From NCBI GenBank assembly GCA_032718475.1, contig JAUCBJ010003662.1, forward strand, positions 1-64,000: 64,000 bases of DNA. The letters are read 5' to 3'. Below are positions 21,201 through 36,200 of the stretch, one piece after another. The notes beneath the pieces were generated by a model. The model saw only the letters and a program-made list of their open reading frames with translations. It was not told the origin of the DNA and did no database searches. The DNA comes from Nemertoderma westbladi (Eukaryota; Animalia; Xenacoelomorpha). Made by a program: the position numbers and the translations under genes. The stretch's first letter is position 1; each line of letters opens with the position of its first letter.

Positions 21201-24200
21201 TTGTTTGTTTGCTCACCTGTTCAGTTTTATTACGTGGTTCTGTTGTTTGTTTGCTCACCTGTTCAGTTTTATTACGTGGTTCTGTTGTTTGTTTGCTCAC
21301 CTGTTCAGTTGTATTACGTGGTTCTGTTGTTTGTTTACTCACCTGTTTAGTTTTTGTTTGCTCACCTGTTCAGTTTTATTACGTGGTTCTGTTGTTTGTT
21401 TGCTCACCTGTTCAGTTGTATTACGTGGTTCTGTTGTTTGTTTGCTCACCTGTTCAGTTTTATTACGTGGTTCTGTTGTTTGTTTGCTCACCTGTTCAGT
21501 TGTATTACGTGGTTCTGTTGGTTCAGTTTTATTACGTGGTTCTGTTGTTTGTTTACTCACCTGTTTAGTTTTTGTTTGCTCACCTGTTCAGTTGTATTAC
21601 GTGGTTCTGTTGTTTGTTTGCTCACCTGTTCAGTTTTATTACGTGGTTCTGTTGTTTGTTTGCTCACCTGTTTAGTTTTTGTTTGCTCACCTGTTCAGTT
21701 TTATTACGTGGTTCTCTTGTTTGTTTGCTCACCTGTTCAGTTTTATTACGTGGTTCTGTTGTTTGTTTGCTCACCTGTTCAGTTTTATTACGTGGTTCTG
21801 TTGTTTGATTGCTCACCTGTTCAGTTGTATTACGTGGTTCTGTTGTTTGTTTACTCACCTGTTTAGTTTTTGTTTGCTCACCTGTTCAGTTTTATTACGT
21901 GGTTCTGTTGTTTGTTTGCTCACCTGTTCAGTTGTATTACGTGGTTCTGTTGTTTGTTTGCTCACCTGTTCAGTTTTATTACGTGGTTCTGTTGTTTGTT
22001 TGCTCACCTGTTCAGTTGTATTACGTGGTTCTGTTGGTTCAGTTTTATTACGTGGTTCTGTTGTTTGTTTACTCACCTGTTTAGTTTTTGTTTGCTCACC
22101 TGTTCAGTTGTATTACGTGGTTCTGTTGTTTGTTTGCTCACCTGTTCAGTTTTATTACGTGGTTCTGTTGTTTGTTTGCTCACCTGTTTAGTTTTTGTTT
22201 GCTCACCTGTTCAGTTTTATTACGTGGTTCTGTTGTTTGTTTGCTCACCTGTTCAGTTTTATTACGTGGTTCTGTTGTTTGTTTGCTCACCTGTTCAGTT
22301 TTATTACGTGGTTCTGTTGTTTGTTTGCTCACCTGTTCAGTTGTATTACGTGGTTCTGTTGTTTGTTTGCTCTCCTGTTCAGTTGTATTACGTGGTTCTG
22401 TTGTTTGTTTGCTCACCTGATCAGTTGTATTACGTGGTTCTGTTGTTTGTTTGCTCACCTGTTCAGTTTTATTACGTGGTTCTGTTGTTTGTTTGCTCAC
22501 CTGTTCAGTTGTATTACGTGGTTCTGTTGTTTGTTTGCTCACCTGTTCAGTTTTATTACGTGGTTCTGTTGTTTGTTTGCTCACCTGTTCAGTTGTATTA
22601 CGTGGTTCTGTTGTTTGTTTGCTCACCTGTTCAGTTTTATTACGTGGTTCTGTTGTTTGTTTACTCACCTGTTTAGTTTTTGTTTGCTCACCTGTTCAGT
22701 TGTATTACGTGGTTCTGTTGTTTGTTTGCTCACCTGTTCAGTTTTATTACGTGGTTCTGTTGTTTGTTTGCTCACCTGTTTAGTTTTTGTTTGCTCACCT
22801 GTTCAGTTTTATTACGTGGTTCTGTTGTTTGTTTGCTCACCTGTTCAGTTTTATTACGTGGTTCTGTTGTTTGTTTGCTCACCTGTTTAGTTTTTGTTTG
22901 CTCACCTGTTCAGTTTTATTACGTGGTTCTGTTGTTTGTTTGCTCACCTGTTTAGTTTTTGTTTGCTCACCTGTTCAGTTTTATTACGTGGTTCTGTTGT
23001 TTGTTTGCTCACCTGTTCAGTTTTATTACGTGGTTCTGTTGTTTGTTTGCTCACCTGTTTAGTTTTTGTTTGCTCACCTGTTCAGTTTTATTACGTGGTT
23101 CTGTTGTTTGTTTGCTCACCTGTTCAGTTTTATTACGTGGTTCTGTTGTTTGTTTGCTCACCTGTTTAGTTTTTGTTTGCTCACCTGTTCAGTTTTATTA
23201 CGTGGTTCTGTTGTTTGTTTGCTCACCTGTTCAGTTTTTGTTTGCTCACCTGTTCAGTTTTATTACGTGGTTCTGTTGTTTGTTTGCTCACCTGTTCAGT
23301 TTTATTACGTGGTTCTGTTGTTTGTTTGCTCACCTGTTTAGTTTTTGTTTGCTCACCTGTTCAGTTTTATTACGTGGTTCTGTTGTTTGTTTGCTCACCT
23401 GTTCAGTTTTATTACGTGGTTCTGTTGTTTGTGTGCTCACCTGTTCAGTTTTATTACGTGGTTCTGTTGTTTGTTTGCTCACCTGTTCAGTTTTATTACG
23501 TGGTTCTGTTGTTTGTTTGCTCACCTGTTTAGTTTTTGTTTGCTCACCTGTTCAGTTGTATTACGTGGTTCTGTTGTTTGTTTGCTCACCTGTTCAGTTT
23601 TATTACGTGGTTCTGTTGTTTGTTTACTCACCTGTTTAGTTTTTGTTTGCTCACCTGTTCAGTTGTATTACGTGGTTCTGTTGTTTGTTTGCTCACCTGT
23701 TCAGTTTTATTACGTGGTTCTGTTGTTTGTTTGCTCACCTGTTTAGTTTTTGTTTGCTCACCTGTTCAGTTTTATTACGTGGTTCTGTTGTTTGTTTGCT
23801 CACCTGTTCAGTTTTATTACGTGGTTCTGTTGTTTGTTTGCTCACCTGTTCAGTTTTATTACGTGGTTCTGTTGTTTGTTTGCTCACCTGTTCAGTTGTA
23901 TTACGTGGTTCTGTTGTTTGTTTGCTCACCTGTTCAGTTTTATTACGTGGTTCTGTTGTTTGTTTGCTCACCTGTTCAGTTTTATTACGTGGTTCTGTTG
24001 TTTGTTTGCTCACCTGTTCAGTTGTAATACGTGGTTCTGTTGGTTCAGTTTTATTACGTGGTTCTGTTGTTTGTTTACTCACCTGTTTAGTTTTTGTTTG
24101 CTCACCTGTTCAGTTGTATTACGTGGTTCTGTTGTTTGTTTGCTCACCTGTTCAGTTTTATTACGTGGTTCTGTTGTTTGTTTGCTCACCTGTTTAGTTT

Positions 24201-27200
24201 TTGTTTGCTCACCTGTTCAGTTTTATTACGTGGTTCTCTTGTTTGTTTGCTCACCTATTCAGTTTTATTACGTGGTTCTGTTGTTTGTTTGCTCACCTGT
24301 TCAGTTTTATTACGTGGTTCTGTTGTTTGTTTGCTCACCTGTTCAGTTGTATTACGTGGTTCTGTTGTTTGTTTACTCACCTGTTTAGTTTTTGTTTGCT
24401 CACCTGTTCAGTTTTATTACGTGGTTCTGTTGTTTGTTTGCTCACCTGTTCAGTTGTATTACGTGGTTCTGTTGTTTGTTTGCTCACCTGTTCAGTTTTA
24501 TTACGTGGTTCTGTTGTTTGTTTGCTCACCTGTTCAGTTGTATTACGTGGTTCTGTTGGTTCAGTTTTATTACGTGGTTCTGTTGTTTGTTTACTCACCT
24601 GTTTAGTTTTTGTTTGCTCACCTGTTCAGTTGTATTACGTGGTTCTGTTGGTTCAGTTTTATTACGTGGTTCTGTTGTTTGTTTACTCACCTGTTTAGTT
24701 TTTGTTTGCTCACCTGTTCAGTTGTATTACGTGGTTCTGTTGTTTGTTTGCTCACCTGTTCAGTTTTATTACGTGGTTCTGTTGTTTGTTTACTCACCTG
24801 TTTAGTTTTTGTTTGCTCACCTGTTCAGTTTTATTACGTGGTTCTGTTGTTTGTTTACTCACCTGTTTAGTTTTTGTTTGCTCACCTGTTCAGTTGTATT
24901 ACGTGGTTCTGTTGTTTGTTTGCTCACCTGTTCAGTTTTATTACGTGGTTCTGTTGTTTGTTTGCTCACCTGTTTAGTTTTTGTTTGCTCACCTGTTCAG
25001 TTTTATTACGTGGTTCTGTTGTTTGTTTGCTCACCTGTTCAGTTTTATTACGTGGTTCTGTTGTTTGTTTGCTCACCTGTTCAGTTTTATTACGTGGTTC
25101 TGTTGTTTGTTTGCTCACCTGTTCAGTTGTATTACGTGGTTCTGTTGTTTGTTTGCTCTCCTGTTCAGTTGTATTACGTGGTTCTGTTGTTTGTTTGCTC
25201 ACCTGTTCAGTTGTATTACGTGGTTCTGTTGTTTGTTTGCTCACCTGTTCAGTTTTATTACGTGGTTCTGTTGTTTGTTTGCTCACCTGTTCAGTTGTAT
25301 TACGTGGTTCTGTTGTTTGTTTGCTCACCTGTTCAGTTTTATTACGTGGTTCTGTTGTTTGTTTGCTCACCTGTTCAGTTGTATTACGTGGTTCTGTTGT
25401 TTGTTTGCTCACCTGTTCAGTTTTATTACGTGGTTCTGTTGTTTGTTTACTCACCTGTTTAGTTTCTGTTTGCTCACCTGTTCAGTTGTATTACGTGGTT
25501 CTGTTGTTTGTTTGCTCACCTGTTCAGTTTTATTACGTGGTTCTGTTGTTTGTTTGCTCACCTGTTTAGTTTTTGTTTGCTCACCTGTTCAGTTTTATTA
25601 CGTGGTTCTGTTGTTTGTTTGCTCACCTGTTCAGTTTTATTACGTGGTTCTGTTGTTTGTTTGCTCACCTGTTTAGTTTTTGTTTGCTCACCTGTTCAGT
25701 TTTATTACGTGGTTCTGTTGTTTGTTTGCTCACCTGTTTAGTTTTTGTTTGCTCACCTGTTCAGTTTTATTACGTGGTTCTGTTGTTTGTTTGCTCACCT
25801 GTTCAGTTTTATTACGTGGTTCTGTTGTTTGTTTGCTCACCTGTTTAGTTTTTGTTTGCTCACCTGTTCAGTTTTATTACGTGGTTCTGTTGTTTGTTTG
25901 CTCACCTGTTCAGTTTTATTACGTGGTTCTGTTGTTTGTTTGCTCACCTGTTTAGTTTTTGTTTGCTCACCTGTTCAGTTTTATTACGTGGTTCTGTTGT
26001 TTGTTTGCTCACCTGTTCAGTTTTTGTTTGCTCACCTGTTCAGTTTTATTACGTGGTTCTGTTGTTTGTTTGCTCACCTGTTCAGTTTTATTACGTGGTT
26101 CTGTTGTTTGTTTGCTCACCTGTTTAGTTTTTGTTTGCTCACCTGTTCAGTTTTATTACGTGGTTCTGTTGTTTGTTTGCTCACCTGTTCAGTTTTATTA
26201 CGTGGTTCTGTTGTTTGTGTGCTCACCTGTTCAGTTTTATTACGTGGTTCTGTTGTTTGTTTGCTCACCTGTTCAGTTTTATTACGTGGTTCTGTTGTTT
26301 GTTTGCTCACCTGTTTAGTTTTTGTTTGCTCACCTGTTCAGTTGTATTACGTGGTTCTGTTGTTTGTTTGCTCACCTGTTCAGTTTTATTACGTGGTTCT
26401 GTTGTTTGTTTACTCACCTGTTTAGTTTTTGTTTGCTCACCTGTTCAGTTGTATTACGTGGTTCTGTTGTTTGTTTGCTCACCTGTTCAGTTTTATTACG
26501 TGGTTCTGTTGTTTGTTTGCTCACCTGTTTATTTTTTGTTTGCTCACCTGTTCAGTTTTATTACGTGGTTCTGTTGTTTGTTTGCTCACCTGTTCAGTTT
26601 TATTACGTGGTTCTGTTGTTTGTTTGCTCACCTGTTCAGTTTTATTACGTGGTTCTGTTGTTTGTTTGCTCACCTGTTCAGTTGTATTACGTGGTTCTGT
26701 TGTTTGTTTGCTCACCTGTTCAGTTTTATTACGTGGTTCTGTTGTTTGTTTGCTCACCTGTTCAGTTTTATTACGTGGTTCTGTTGTTTGTTTGCTCACC
26801 TGTTCAGTTGTAATACGTGGTTCTGTTGGTTCAGTTTTATTACGCGGTTCTGTTGTTTGTTTACTCACCTGTTTAGTTTTTGTTTGCTCACCTGTTCAGT
26901 TGTATTACGTGGTTCTGTTGTTTGTTTGCTCACCTGTTCAGTTTTATTACGTGGTTCTGTTGTTTGTTAGCTCACCTGTTTAGTTTTTGTTTGCTCACCT
27001 GTTCAGTTTTATTACGTGGTTCTCTTGTTTGTTTGCTCACCTGTTCAGTTTTATTACGTGGTTCTGTTGTTTGTTTGCTCACCTGTTCAGTTTTATTACG
27101 TGGTTCTGTTGTTTGTTTGCTCACCTGTTCAGTTGTATTACGTGGTTCTGTTGTTTGTTTACTCACCTGTTTAGTTTTTGTTTGCTCACCTGTTCAGTTT

Positions 27201-30200
27201 TATTACGTGGTTCTGTTGTTTGTTTGCTCACCTGTTCAGTTGTATTACGTGGTTCTGTTGTTTGTTTGCTCACCTGTTCAGTTTTATTACGTGGTTCTGT
27301 TGTTTGTTTGCTCACCTGTTCAGTTGTATTACGTGGTTCTGTTGGTTCAGTTTTATTACGTGGTTCTGTTGTTTGTTTACTCACCTGTTTAGTTTTTGTT
27401 TGCTCACCTGTTCAGTTGTATTACGTGGTTCTGTTGTTTGTTTGCTCACCTGTTCAGTTTTATTACGTGGTTCTGTTGTTTGTTTGCTCACCTGTTTAGT
27501 TTTTGTTTGCTCACCTGTTCAGTTTTATTACGTGGTTCTGTTGTTTGTTTGCTCACCTGTTCAGTTTTATTACGTGGTTCTGTTGTTTGTTTGCTCACCT
27601 GTTCAGTTTTATTACGTGGTTCTGTTGTTTGTTTGCTCACCTGTTCAGTTGTATTACGTGGTTCTGTTGTTTGTTTGCTCTCCTGTTCAGTTGTATTACG
27701 TGGTTCTGTTGTTTGTTTGCTCACCTGTTCAGTTGTATTACGTGGTTCTGTTGTTTGTTTGCTCACCTGTTCAGTTTTATTACGTGGTTCTGTTGTTTGT
27801 TTGCTCACCTGTTCAGTTGTATTACGTGGTTCTGTTGTTTGTTTGCTCACCTGTTCAGTTTTATTACGTGGTTCTGTTGTTTGTTTGCTCACCTGTTCAG
27901 TTGTATTACGTGGTTCTGTTGTTTGTTTGCTCACCTGTTCAGTTTTATTACGTGGTTCTGTTGTTTGTTTACTCACCTGTTTAGTTTCTGTTTGCTCACC
28001 TGTTCAGTTGTATTACGTGGTTCTGTTGTTTGTTTGCTCACCTGTTCAGTTTTATTACGTGGTTCTGTTGTTTGTTTGCTCACCAGTTTAGTTTTTGTTT
28101 GCTCACCTGTTCAGTTTTATTACGTGGTTCTGTTGTTTGTTTGCTCACCTGTTCAGTTTTATTACGTGGTTCTGTTGTTTGTTTGCTCACCTGTTTAGTT
28201 TTTGTTTGCTCACCTGTTCAGTTTTATTACGTGGTTCTGTTGTTTGTTTGCTCACCTGTTCAGTTTTATTACGTGGTTCTGTTGTTTGTTTGCTCACCTG
28301 TTTAGTTTTTGTTTGCTCACCTGTTCAGTTTTATTACGTGGTTCTGTTGTTTGTTTGCTCACCTGTTCAGTTTTTGTTTGCTCACCTGTTCAGTTTTATT
28401 ACGTGGTTCTGTTGTTTGTTTGCTCACCTGTTCAGTTTTATTACGTGGTTCTGTTGTTTGTTTGCTCACCTGTTTAGTTTTTGTTTGCTCACCTGTTCAG
28501 TTTTATTACGTGGTTCTGTTGTTTGTTTGCTCACCTGTTCAGTTTTATTACGTGGTTCTGTTGTTTGTGTGCTCACCTGTTCAGTTTTATTACGTGGTTC
28601 TGTTGTTTGTTTGCTCACCTGTTCAGTTTTATTACGTGGTTCTGTTGTTTGTTTGCTCACCTGTTTAGTTTTTGTTTGCTCACCTGTTCAGTTGTATTAC
28701 GTGGTTCTGTTGTTTGTTTGCTCACCTGTTCAGTTTTATTACGTGGTTCTGTTGTTTGTTTACTCACCTGTTTAGTTTTTGTTTGCTCACCTGTTCAGTT
28801 GTATTACGTGGTTCTGTTGTTTGTTTGCTCACCTGTTCAGTTTTATTACGTGGTTCTGTTGTTTGTTTGCTCACCTGTTTATTTTTTGTTTGCTCACCTG
28901 TTCAGTTTTATTACGTGGTTCTGTTGTTTGTTTGCTCACCTGTTCAGTTTTATTACGTGGTTCTGTTGTTTGTTTGCTCACCTGTTCAGTTTTATTACGT
29001 GGTTCTGTTGTTTGTTTGCTCACCTGTTCAGTTGTATTACGTGGTTCTGTTGTTTGTTTGCTCACCTGTTCAGTTTTATTACGTGGTTCTGTTGTTTGTT
29101 TGCTCACCTGTTCAGTTGTATTACGTGGTTCTGTTGTTTGTTTGCTCACCTGTTCAGTTGTATTACGTGGTTCTGTTGTTTGTTTGCTCACCGGTTCAGT
29201 TTTATTACGTGGTTCTGTTGTTTGTTTGCTCACCTGTTCAGTTGTATTACGTGGTTCTGTTGTTTGTTTGCTCACCTGTTCAGTTTTATTACGTGGTTCT
29301 GTTGTTTGTTTACTCACCTGTTTAGTTTTTGTTTGCTCACCTGTTCAGTTGTATTACGTGGTTCTGTTGTTTGTTTGCTCACCTGTTCAGTTTTATTACG
29401 TGGTTCTGTTGTTTGTTTGCTCACCTGTTCAGTTGTATTACGTGGTTCTGTTGTTTGTTTGCTCACCTGTTCAGTTATATTACGTGGTTCTGTTGTTTGT
29501 TTGCTCACCTGTTTAGTTTTTGTTTGCTCACCTGTTCAGTTTTATTACGTGGTTCTGTTGTTTGTTTGCTCACCTGTTCAGTTTTATTATGTGGTTCTGT
29601 TGTTTGTTTGCTCACCTGTTCAGTTTTATTACGTGGTTCTGTTGTTTGTTTGCTCACCTGTTCAGTTGTATTACGTGGTTCTGTTGTTTGTTTACTCACC
29701 TGTTTAGTTTTTGTTTGCTCACCTGTTCAGTTTTATTACGTGGTTCTGTTGTTTGTTTGCTCACCTGTTCAGTTTTATTACGTGGTTCTGTTGTTTGTTT
29801 GCTCACCTGTTCAGTTTTATTACGTGGTTCTGTTGTTTGTTTGCTCACCTGTTCAGTTGTATTACGTGGTTCTGTTGTTTGTTTGCTCACCTGTTCAGTT
29901 TTATTACGTGGTTCTGTTGTTTGTTTGCTCACCTGTTCAATTGTATTACGTGGTTCTGTTGTTTGTTTGCTCACCTGTTCAGTTTTATTACGTGGTTCTG
30001 TTGTTTGTTTGCTCCCCTGTTCAGTTGTATTACGTGGTTCTGCTGTTTGTTTGCTCACCTGTTCAGTTGTATTACGTGGTTCTGTTGTTTGTTTGCTCAC
30101 CTGTTCAGTTGTAATACGTGGTTCTGTTGTTTGTTTGCTCACCTGTTCAGTTGTATTACGTGGTTCTGTTGTTTGTTTGCTCACCTGTTCACGTTTTTTT

Positions 30201-33200
30201 TACGTGGTTCTGTTGTTTGTTTGCTCACCTGTTCAGTTGTATTACGTGGTTCTGTTGTTTGTTTGCTCACCTGTTCAGTTTTATTACGTGGTTCTGTTGT
30301 TTGTTTGCTCACCTGTTCAGTTGTAATACGTGGTTCTGTTGTTTGTTTGCTCACCTGTTCAGTTGTATTACGTGGTTCTGTTGTTTGTTTGCTCACCTGT
30401 TCAGTTTTATTACGTGGTTCTGTTGTTTGTTTTCTCACCTGTTCAGGTTTTTTTTACGTGGTTCTGTTGTTTGTTTGCTCACCTGTTCAGTTGTATTACG
30501 TGGTTCTGTTGTTTGTTTGCTCACCTGTTCAGTTGTATTAAGTGGTTCTGTTGTTTGTTTGCTCACCTGTTCAGTTTTATTACGTGGTTCTGTTGTTTGT
30601 TTGCTCACCTGTTCAGTTGTATTACGTGGTTCTGTTGTTTGTTTGCTCACCTGTTCAGTTGTATTACGTGGTTCTGCTGTTTGTTTGCTCACCTGTTCAG
30701 TTGTATTACGTGGTTCTGTTGTTTGTTTGCTCACCTGTTCAGTTTTATTACGTGGTTCTGTTGTTTGTTTGCTCACCTGTTCAGTTGTATTACGTGGTTC
30801 TGTTGTTTGTTTGCTCACCTGTTCAGTTGTATTACGTGGTTCTGTTGTTTGTTTGCTCACCTGTTCAGTTTTATTACGTGGTTCTGTTGTTTGTTTGCTC
30901 ACCTGTTCAGTTTTATTACGTGGTTCTGTTGTTTGTTTGCTCACCTGTTCAGTTGTATTACGTGGTTCTGTTGTTTTTTTGCTCACCTGTTTAGTTTTTG
31001 TTTGCTCACCTGTTCAGTTTTATTACGTGGTTCTGTTGTTTGTTTACTCACCTGTTTAATTTTTGTTTGCTCACCTGTTCAGTTGTATTACGTGGTTCTG
31101 TTGTTTGTTTGCTCACCTGTTCAGTTTTATTACGTGGTTCTGTTGTTTGTTTGCTCACCTGTTCAGTTTTATTACGTGGTTCTGTTGTTTGTTTGCTCAC
31201 CTGTTCAGTTGTATTACGTGGTTCTGTTGTTTGTTTGCTCACCTGTTCAGTTGTATTACGTGGTTCTGTTGTTTGTTTGCTCACCTGTTCAGTTTTATTA
31301 CGTGGTTCTGTTGTTTGTTTGCTCACCTGTTCAGTTGTATTACGTGGTTCTGTTGTTTGTTTGCTCACCTGTTTAGTTTTTGTTTGCTCACCTGTTCAGT
31401 TTTATTACGTGGTTCTGTTGTTTGTTTACTCACCTGTTTAGTTTTTGTTTGCTCACCTGTTCAGTTGTATTACGTGGTTCTGTTGTTTGTTTGCTCACCT
31501 GTTCAGTTTTATTACGTGGTTCTGTTGTTTGTTTGCTCACCTGTTCAGTTTTATTACGTGGTTCTGTTGTTTGTTTGCTCACCTGTTCAGTTGTATTACG
31601 TGGTTCTGTTGTTTGTTTGCTCACCTGTTCAGTTGTATTACGTGGTTCTGTTGTTTGTTTGCTCACCTGTTCAGGTTTTTTTTACGTGGTTCTGTTGTTT
31701 GTTTGCTCACCTGTTCAGTTTTATTACGTGGTTCTGTTGTTTGTTTGCTCACCTGTTCAGTTTTATTACGTGGTTCTGTTGTTTGTTTGCTCACCTGTTC
31801 AGTTGTAATACGTGGTTCTGTTGTTTGTTTGCTCACCTGTTCAGTTGTATTACGTGGTTCTGTTGTTTGTTTGCTCACCTGTTCAGGTTTTTTTTACGTG
31901 GTTCTGTTGTTTGTTTGCTCACCTGTTCAGTTGTATTACGTGGTTCTGTTGTTTGTTTGCTCACCTGTTCAGTTGTATTACGTGGTTCTGTTGTTTGTTT
32001 GCTCACCTGTTCAGTTGTATTACGTGGTTCTGTTGTTTGTTTGCTCACCTGTTCAGTTTTATTACGTGGTTCTGTTGTTTGTTTGCTCACCTGTTCAGTT
32101 GTATTACGTGGTTCTGTTGTTTGTTTGCTCACCTGTTCAGTTGTATTACGTGGGTCTGCTGTTTGTTTGCTCACCTGTTCAGTTGTATTACGTGGTTCTG
32201 TTGTTTGTTTGCTCACCTGTTCAGTTTTATTACGTGGTTCTGTTGTTTGTTTGCTCACCTGTTCAGTTGTATTACGTGGTTCTGTTGTTTGTTTGCTCAC
32301 CTGTTCAGTTGTATTACGTGGTTCTGTTGTTTGTTTGCTCACCTGTTCAGTTTTATTACGTGGTTCTGTTGTTTGTTTGCTCACCTGTTCAGTTTTATTA
32401 CGTGGTTCTGTTGTTTGTTTGCTCACCTGTTCAGTTGTATTACGTGGTTCTGTTGTTTGTTTGCTCACCTGTTTAGTTTTTGTTTGCTCACCTGTTCAGT
32501 TTTATTACGTGGTTCTGTTGTTTGTTTACTCACCTGTTTAGTTTTTGTTTGCTCACCTGTTCAGTTGTATTACGTGGTTCTGTTGTTTGTTTGCTCACCT
32601 GTTCAGTTTTATTACGTGGTTCAGTTGTTTGTTTGCTCACCTGTTCAGTTTTATTACGTGGTTCTGTTGTTTGTTTGCTCACCTGTTCAGTTGTATTACG
32701 TGGTTCTGTTGTTTGTTTGCTCACCTGTTCAGTTTTATTACGTGGTTCTGTTGTTTGTTTGCTCACCTGTTCAGTTGTATTACGTGGTTCTGTTGTTTGT
32801 TTGCTCACCTGTTCAGTTGTATTACGTGGTTCTGTTGTTTGTTTGCTCACCTGTTCAGTTTTATTACGTGGTTCTGTTGTTTGTTTGCTCACCTGTTTAG
32901 TTTTATTACGTGGTTCTGTTGTTTGTTTGCTCACCTGTTCAGTTGTATTACGTGGTTCTGTTGTTTGTTTGCTCACCTGTTCAGTTGTATTACGTGGTTC
33001 TGTTGTTTGTTTGCTCACCTGTTCAGTTGTATTACGTGGTTCTGTTGTTTGTTTGCTCACCTGTTCAGTTTTATTACGTGGTTCTGTTGTTTGTTTGCTC
33101 ACCTGTTCAGTTATATTACGTGGTTCTGTTGTTTGTTTGCTCACCTGTTCAGTTATATTACGTGGTTCTGTTGTTTGTTTGCTCACCTGTTCAGTTTTAT

Positions 33201-36200
33201 TACGTGGTTCTGTTGTTTGTTTGCTCACCTGTTCAGTTGTATTACGTGGTTCTGTTGTTTGTTTGCTCACCTGTTCCGTTATATTACGTGGTTCTGTTGT
33301 TTGTTTGCTCACCTGTTCAGTTGTATTACGTGGTTCTGTTGTTTGTTTGCTCACCTGTTCAGTTTTATTACGTGGTTCTGTTGTTTGTTTGCTCACCTGT
33401 TCAGTTGTATTACGTGGTTCTGTTGTTTGTTTGCTCACCTGTTCAGTTTTATTACGTGGTTCTCTTGCTTGTTTGCTCACCTGTTCAGTTTTATAACGTG
33501 GTTCTGTTGTTTGTTTGCTCACCTGTTCAGTTGTATTACGTGGTTCTGTTGTTTGTTTGCTCACCTGTTCAGTTATATTACGTGGTTCTGTTGTTTGTTT
33601 GCTCACCTGTTCAGTTTTATTACGTGGTTCCGTTGTTTGTTTGCTCACCTGTTCAGTTTTATTACGTGGTTCTGTTGTTTGTTTGCTCACATGTTCAGTT
33701 GTATTACGTGGTTCTGTTGTTTGTTTGCTCACCTGTTCAGTTTTATTACGTGGTTCTGTTGTTTGTTTGCTCACCTGTTCAGTTTTATTACGTGGTTCTG
33801 TTGTTTGTTTGCTCACCTGTTCAGTTGTATTACGTGGTTCTGTTGTTTGTTTGCTCACCTGTTCAGTTATATTACGTGGTTCTGTTGTTTGTTTGCTCAC
33901 CTGTTCAGTTATATTACGTGGTTCTGTTGTTTGTTTGCTCACCTGTTCAGTTGTATTACGTGGTTCTGTTGTTTGTTTGCTCACCTGTTCAGTTTTATTA
34001 CGTGGTTCTGTTGTTTGTTTGCTCACCTGTTCAGTTATATTACGTGGGTCTGTTGTTTGTTTGCTCACCTGTTCAGTTGTACATGTATTCCATGGTTCTG
34101 TTGTTTGTTTGCTCACCTGTTCAGGTTTTTTACGTGGTTCTGTTGTTTGTTTGCTCACCTGTTCAGTTGTATTACGTGGTTCTGTTGTTTGTTTGCTCAC
34201 CTGTTCAGTTGTATTACGTGGTTCTGTTGTTTGTTTGCTCACCTGTTCAGTTGTATTACGTGGTTCTGTTGTTTGTTTGCTCACCTGTTCAGTTTTATTA
34301 CGTGGTTCTGTTGTTTGTTTGCTCGGCTGTTCAGTTATATTACGTGGTTCTGTTGTTTGTTTGCTCACCTGTTCAGTTATATTACGTGGTTCTGTTGTTT
34401 GTTTGCTCACCTGTTCAGTTTTATTACGTGGTTCTGTTGTTTGTTTGCTCACCTGTTCAGTTATATTACGTGGTTCTGTTGTTTGTTTGCTCACCTGTTC
34501 AGTTGTATTACGTGGTTCTGTTGTTTGTTTGCTCACCTGTTCAGTTTTATTACGTGGTTCTGTTGTTTGTTTGCTCACCTGTTCAGTTGTATTACGTGGT
34601 TCTGTTGTTTGTTTGCTCACCTGTTCAGTTTTATTACGTGGTTCTGTTGTTTGTTTGCTCACCTGTTCAGTTTTATAACGTGGTTCTGTTGTTTGTTTGC
34701 TCACCTGTTCAGTTGTATTACGTGGTTCTGTTGTTAGTTTGCTCACCTTTTCAGTTTTATTACGTGGTTCTGTTGTTTGTTTGCTCACCTGTTCAGTTTT
34801 ATTACGTGGTTCTGTTGTTTGTTTGCTCACCTGTTCAGTTGTATTACGTGGTTCTGTTGTTTGTTTGCTCACCTGTTCAGTTTTATTACGTGGTTCTGTT
34901 GTTTGTTTGCTCATCTGTTCAGTTTTATTACGTGGTTCTGTTGTTTGTTTGCTCACCTGTTCAGTTTTATTACGTGGTTCTGTTGTTTGTTTGCTCACCT
35001 GTTCAGTTGTATTACGTGGTTCTGATGTTTGTTTACTCACCTGTTTAGTTTTTGTTTGCTCACCTGTTCAGTTTTATTACGTGGTTCTGTTGTTTGTTTA
35101 CTCACCTGTTTAGTTTTTGTTTGCTCACCTGTTCAGTTGTATTACGTGGTTCTGTTGTTTGTTTGCTCACCTGTTCAGTTTTATTACGTGGTTCTGTTGT
35201 TTGTTTGCTCACCTGTTCAGTTTTATTACGTGGTTCTGTTGTTTGTTTGCTCACCTGTTCAGTTGTAATACGTGGTTCTGTTGTTTGTTTGCTCACCTGT
35301 TCAGTTGTATTACGTGGTTCTGTTGTTTGTTTGCTCACCTGTTCAGGTTTTTTTTACGTGGTTCTGTTGTTTGTTTGCTCACCTGTTCAGTTGTATTACG
35401 TGGTTCTGTTGTTTGTTTGCTCACCTGTTCAGTTTTATTACGTGGTTCTGTTGTTTGTTTGCTCACCTGTTCAGTTGTAATACGTGGTTCTGTTGTTTGT
35501 TTGCTCACCTGTTCAGTTGTATTACGTGGTTCTGTTGTTTGTTTGCTCACCTGTTCAGGTTTTTTTTACGTGGTTCTGTTGTTTGTTTGCTCACCTGTTC
35601 AGTTGTATTACGTGGTTCTATTGTTTGTTTGCTCACCTGTTCAGTTGTATTACGTGGTTCTGTTGTTTGTTTGCTCACCTGTTCAGTTGTATTACGTGGT
35701 TCTGTTGTTTGTTTGCTCACCTGTTCAGTTTTATTACGTGGTTCTGTTGTTTGTTTGCTCACCTGTTCAGTTGTATTACGTGGTTCTGTTGTTTGTTTGC
35801 TCACCTGTTCAGTTGTATTACGTGGTTCTGCTGATTGTTTGCTCACCTGTTCAGTTGTATTACGTGGTTCTGTTGTTTGTTTGCTCACCTGTTCAGTTGT
35901 ATTACGTGGTTCTGTTGTTTGTTTGCTCACCTGTTCAGTTTTATTACGTGGTTCTGTTGTTTGTTTGCTCACCTGTTCAGTTGTATTACGTGGTTCTGTT
36001 GTTTGTTTGCTCACCTGTTCAGTTGTATTACGTGGTTCTGCTGTTTGTTTGCTCACCTGTTCAGTTGTATTACGTGGTTCTGTTGTTTGTTTGCTCACCT
36101 GTTCAGTTTTATTACGTGGTTCTGTTGTTTGTTTACTCACCTGTTCAGTTGTATTACGTGGTTCTGTTGTTTGTTTGCTCACCTGTTCAGTTTTATTACG

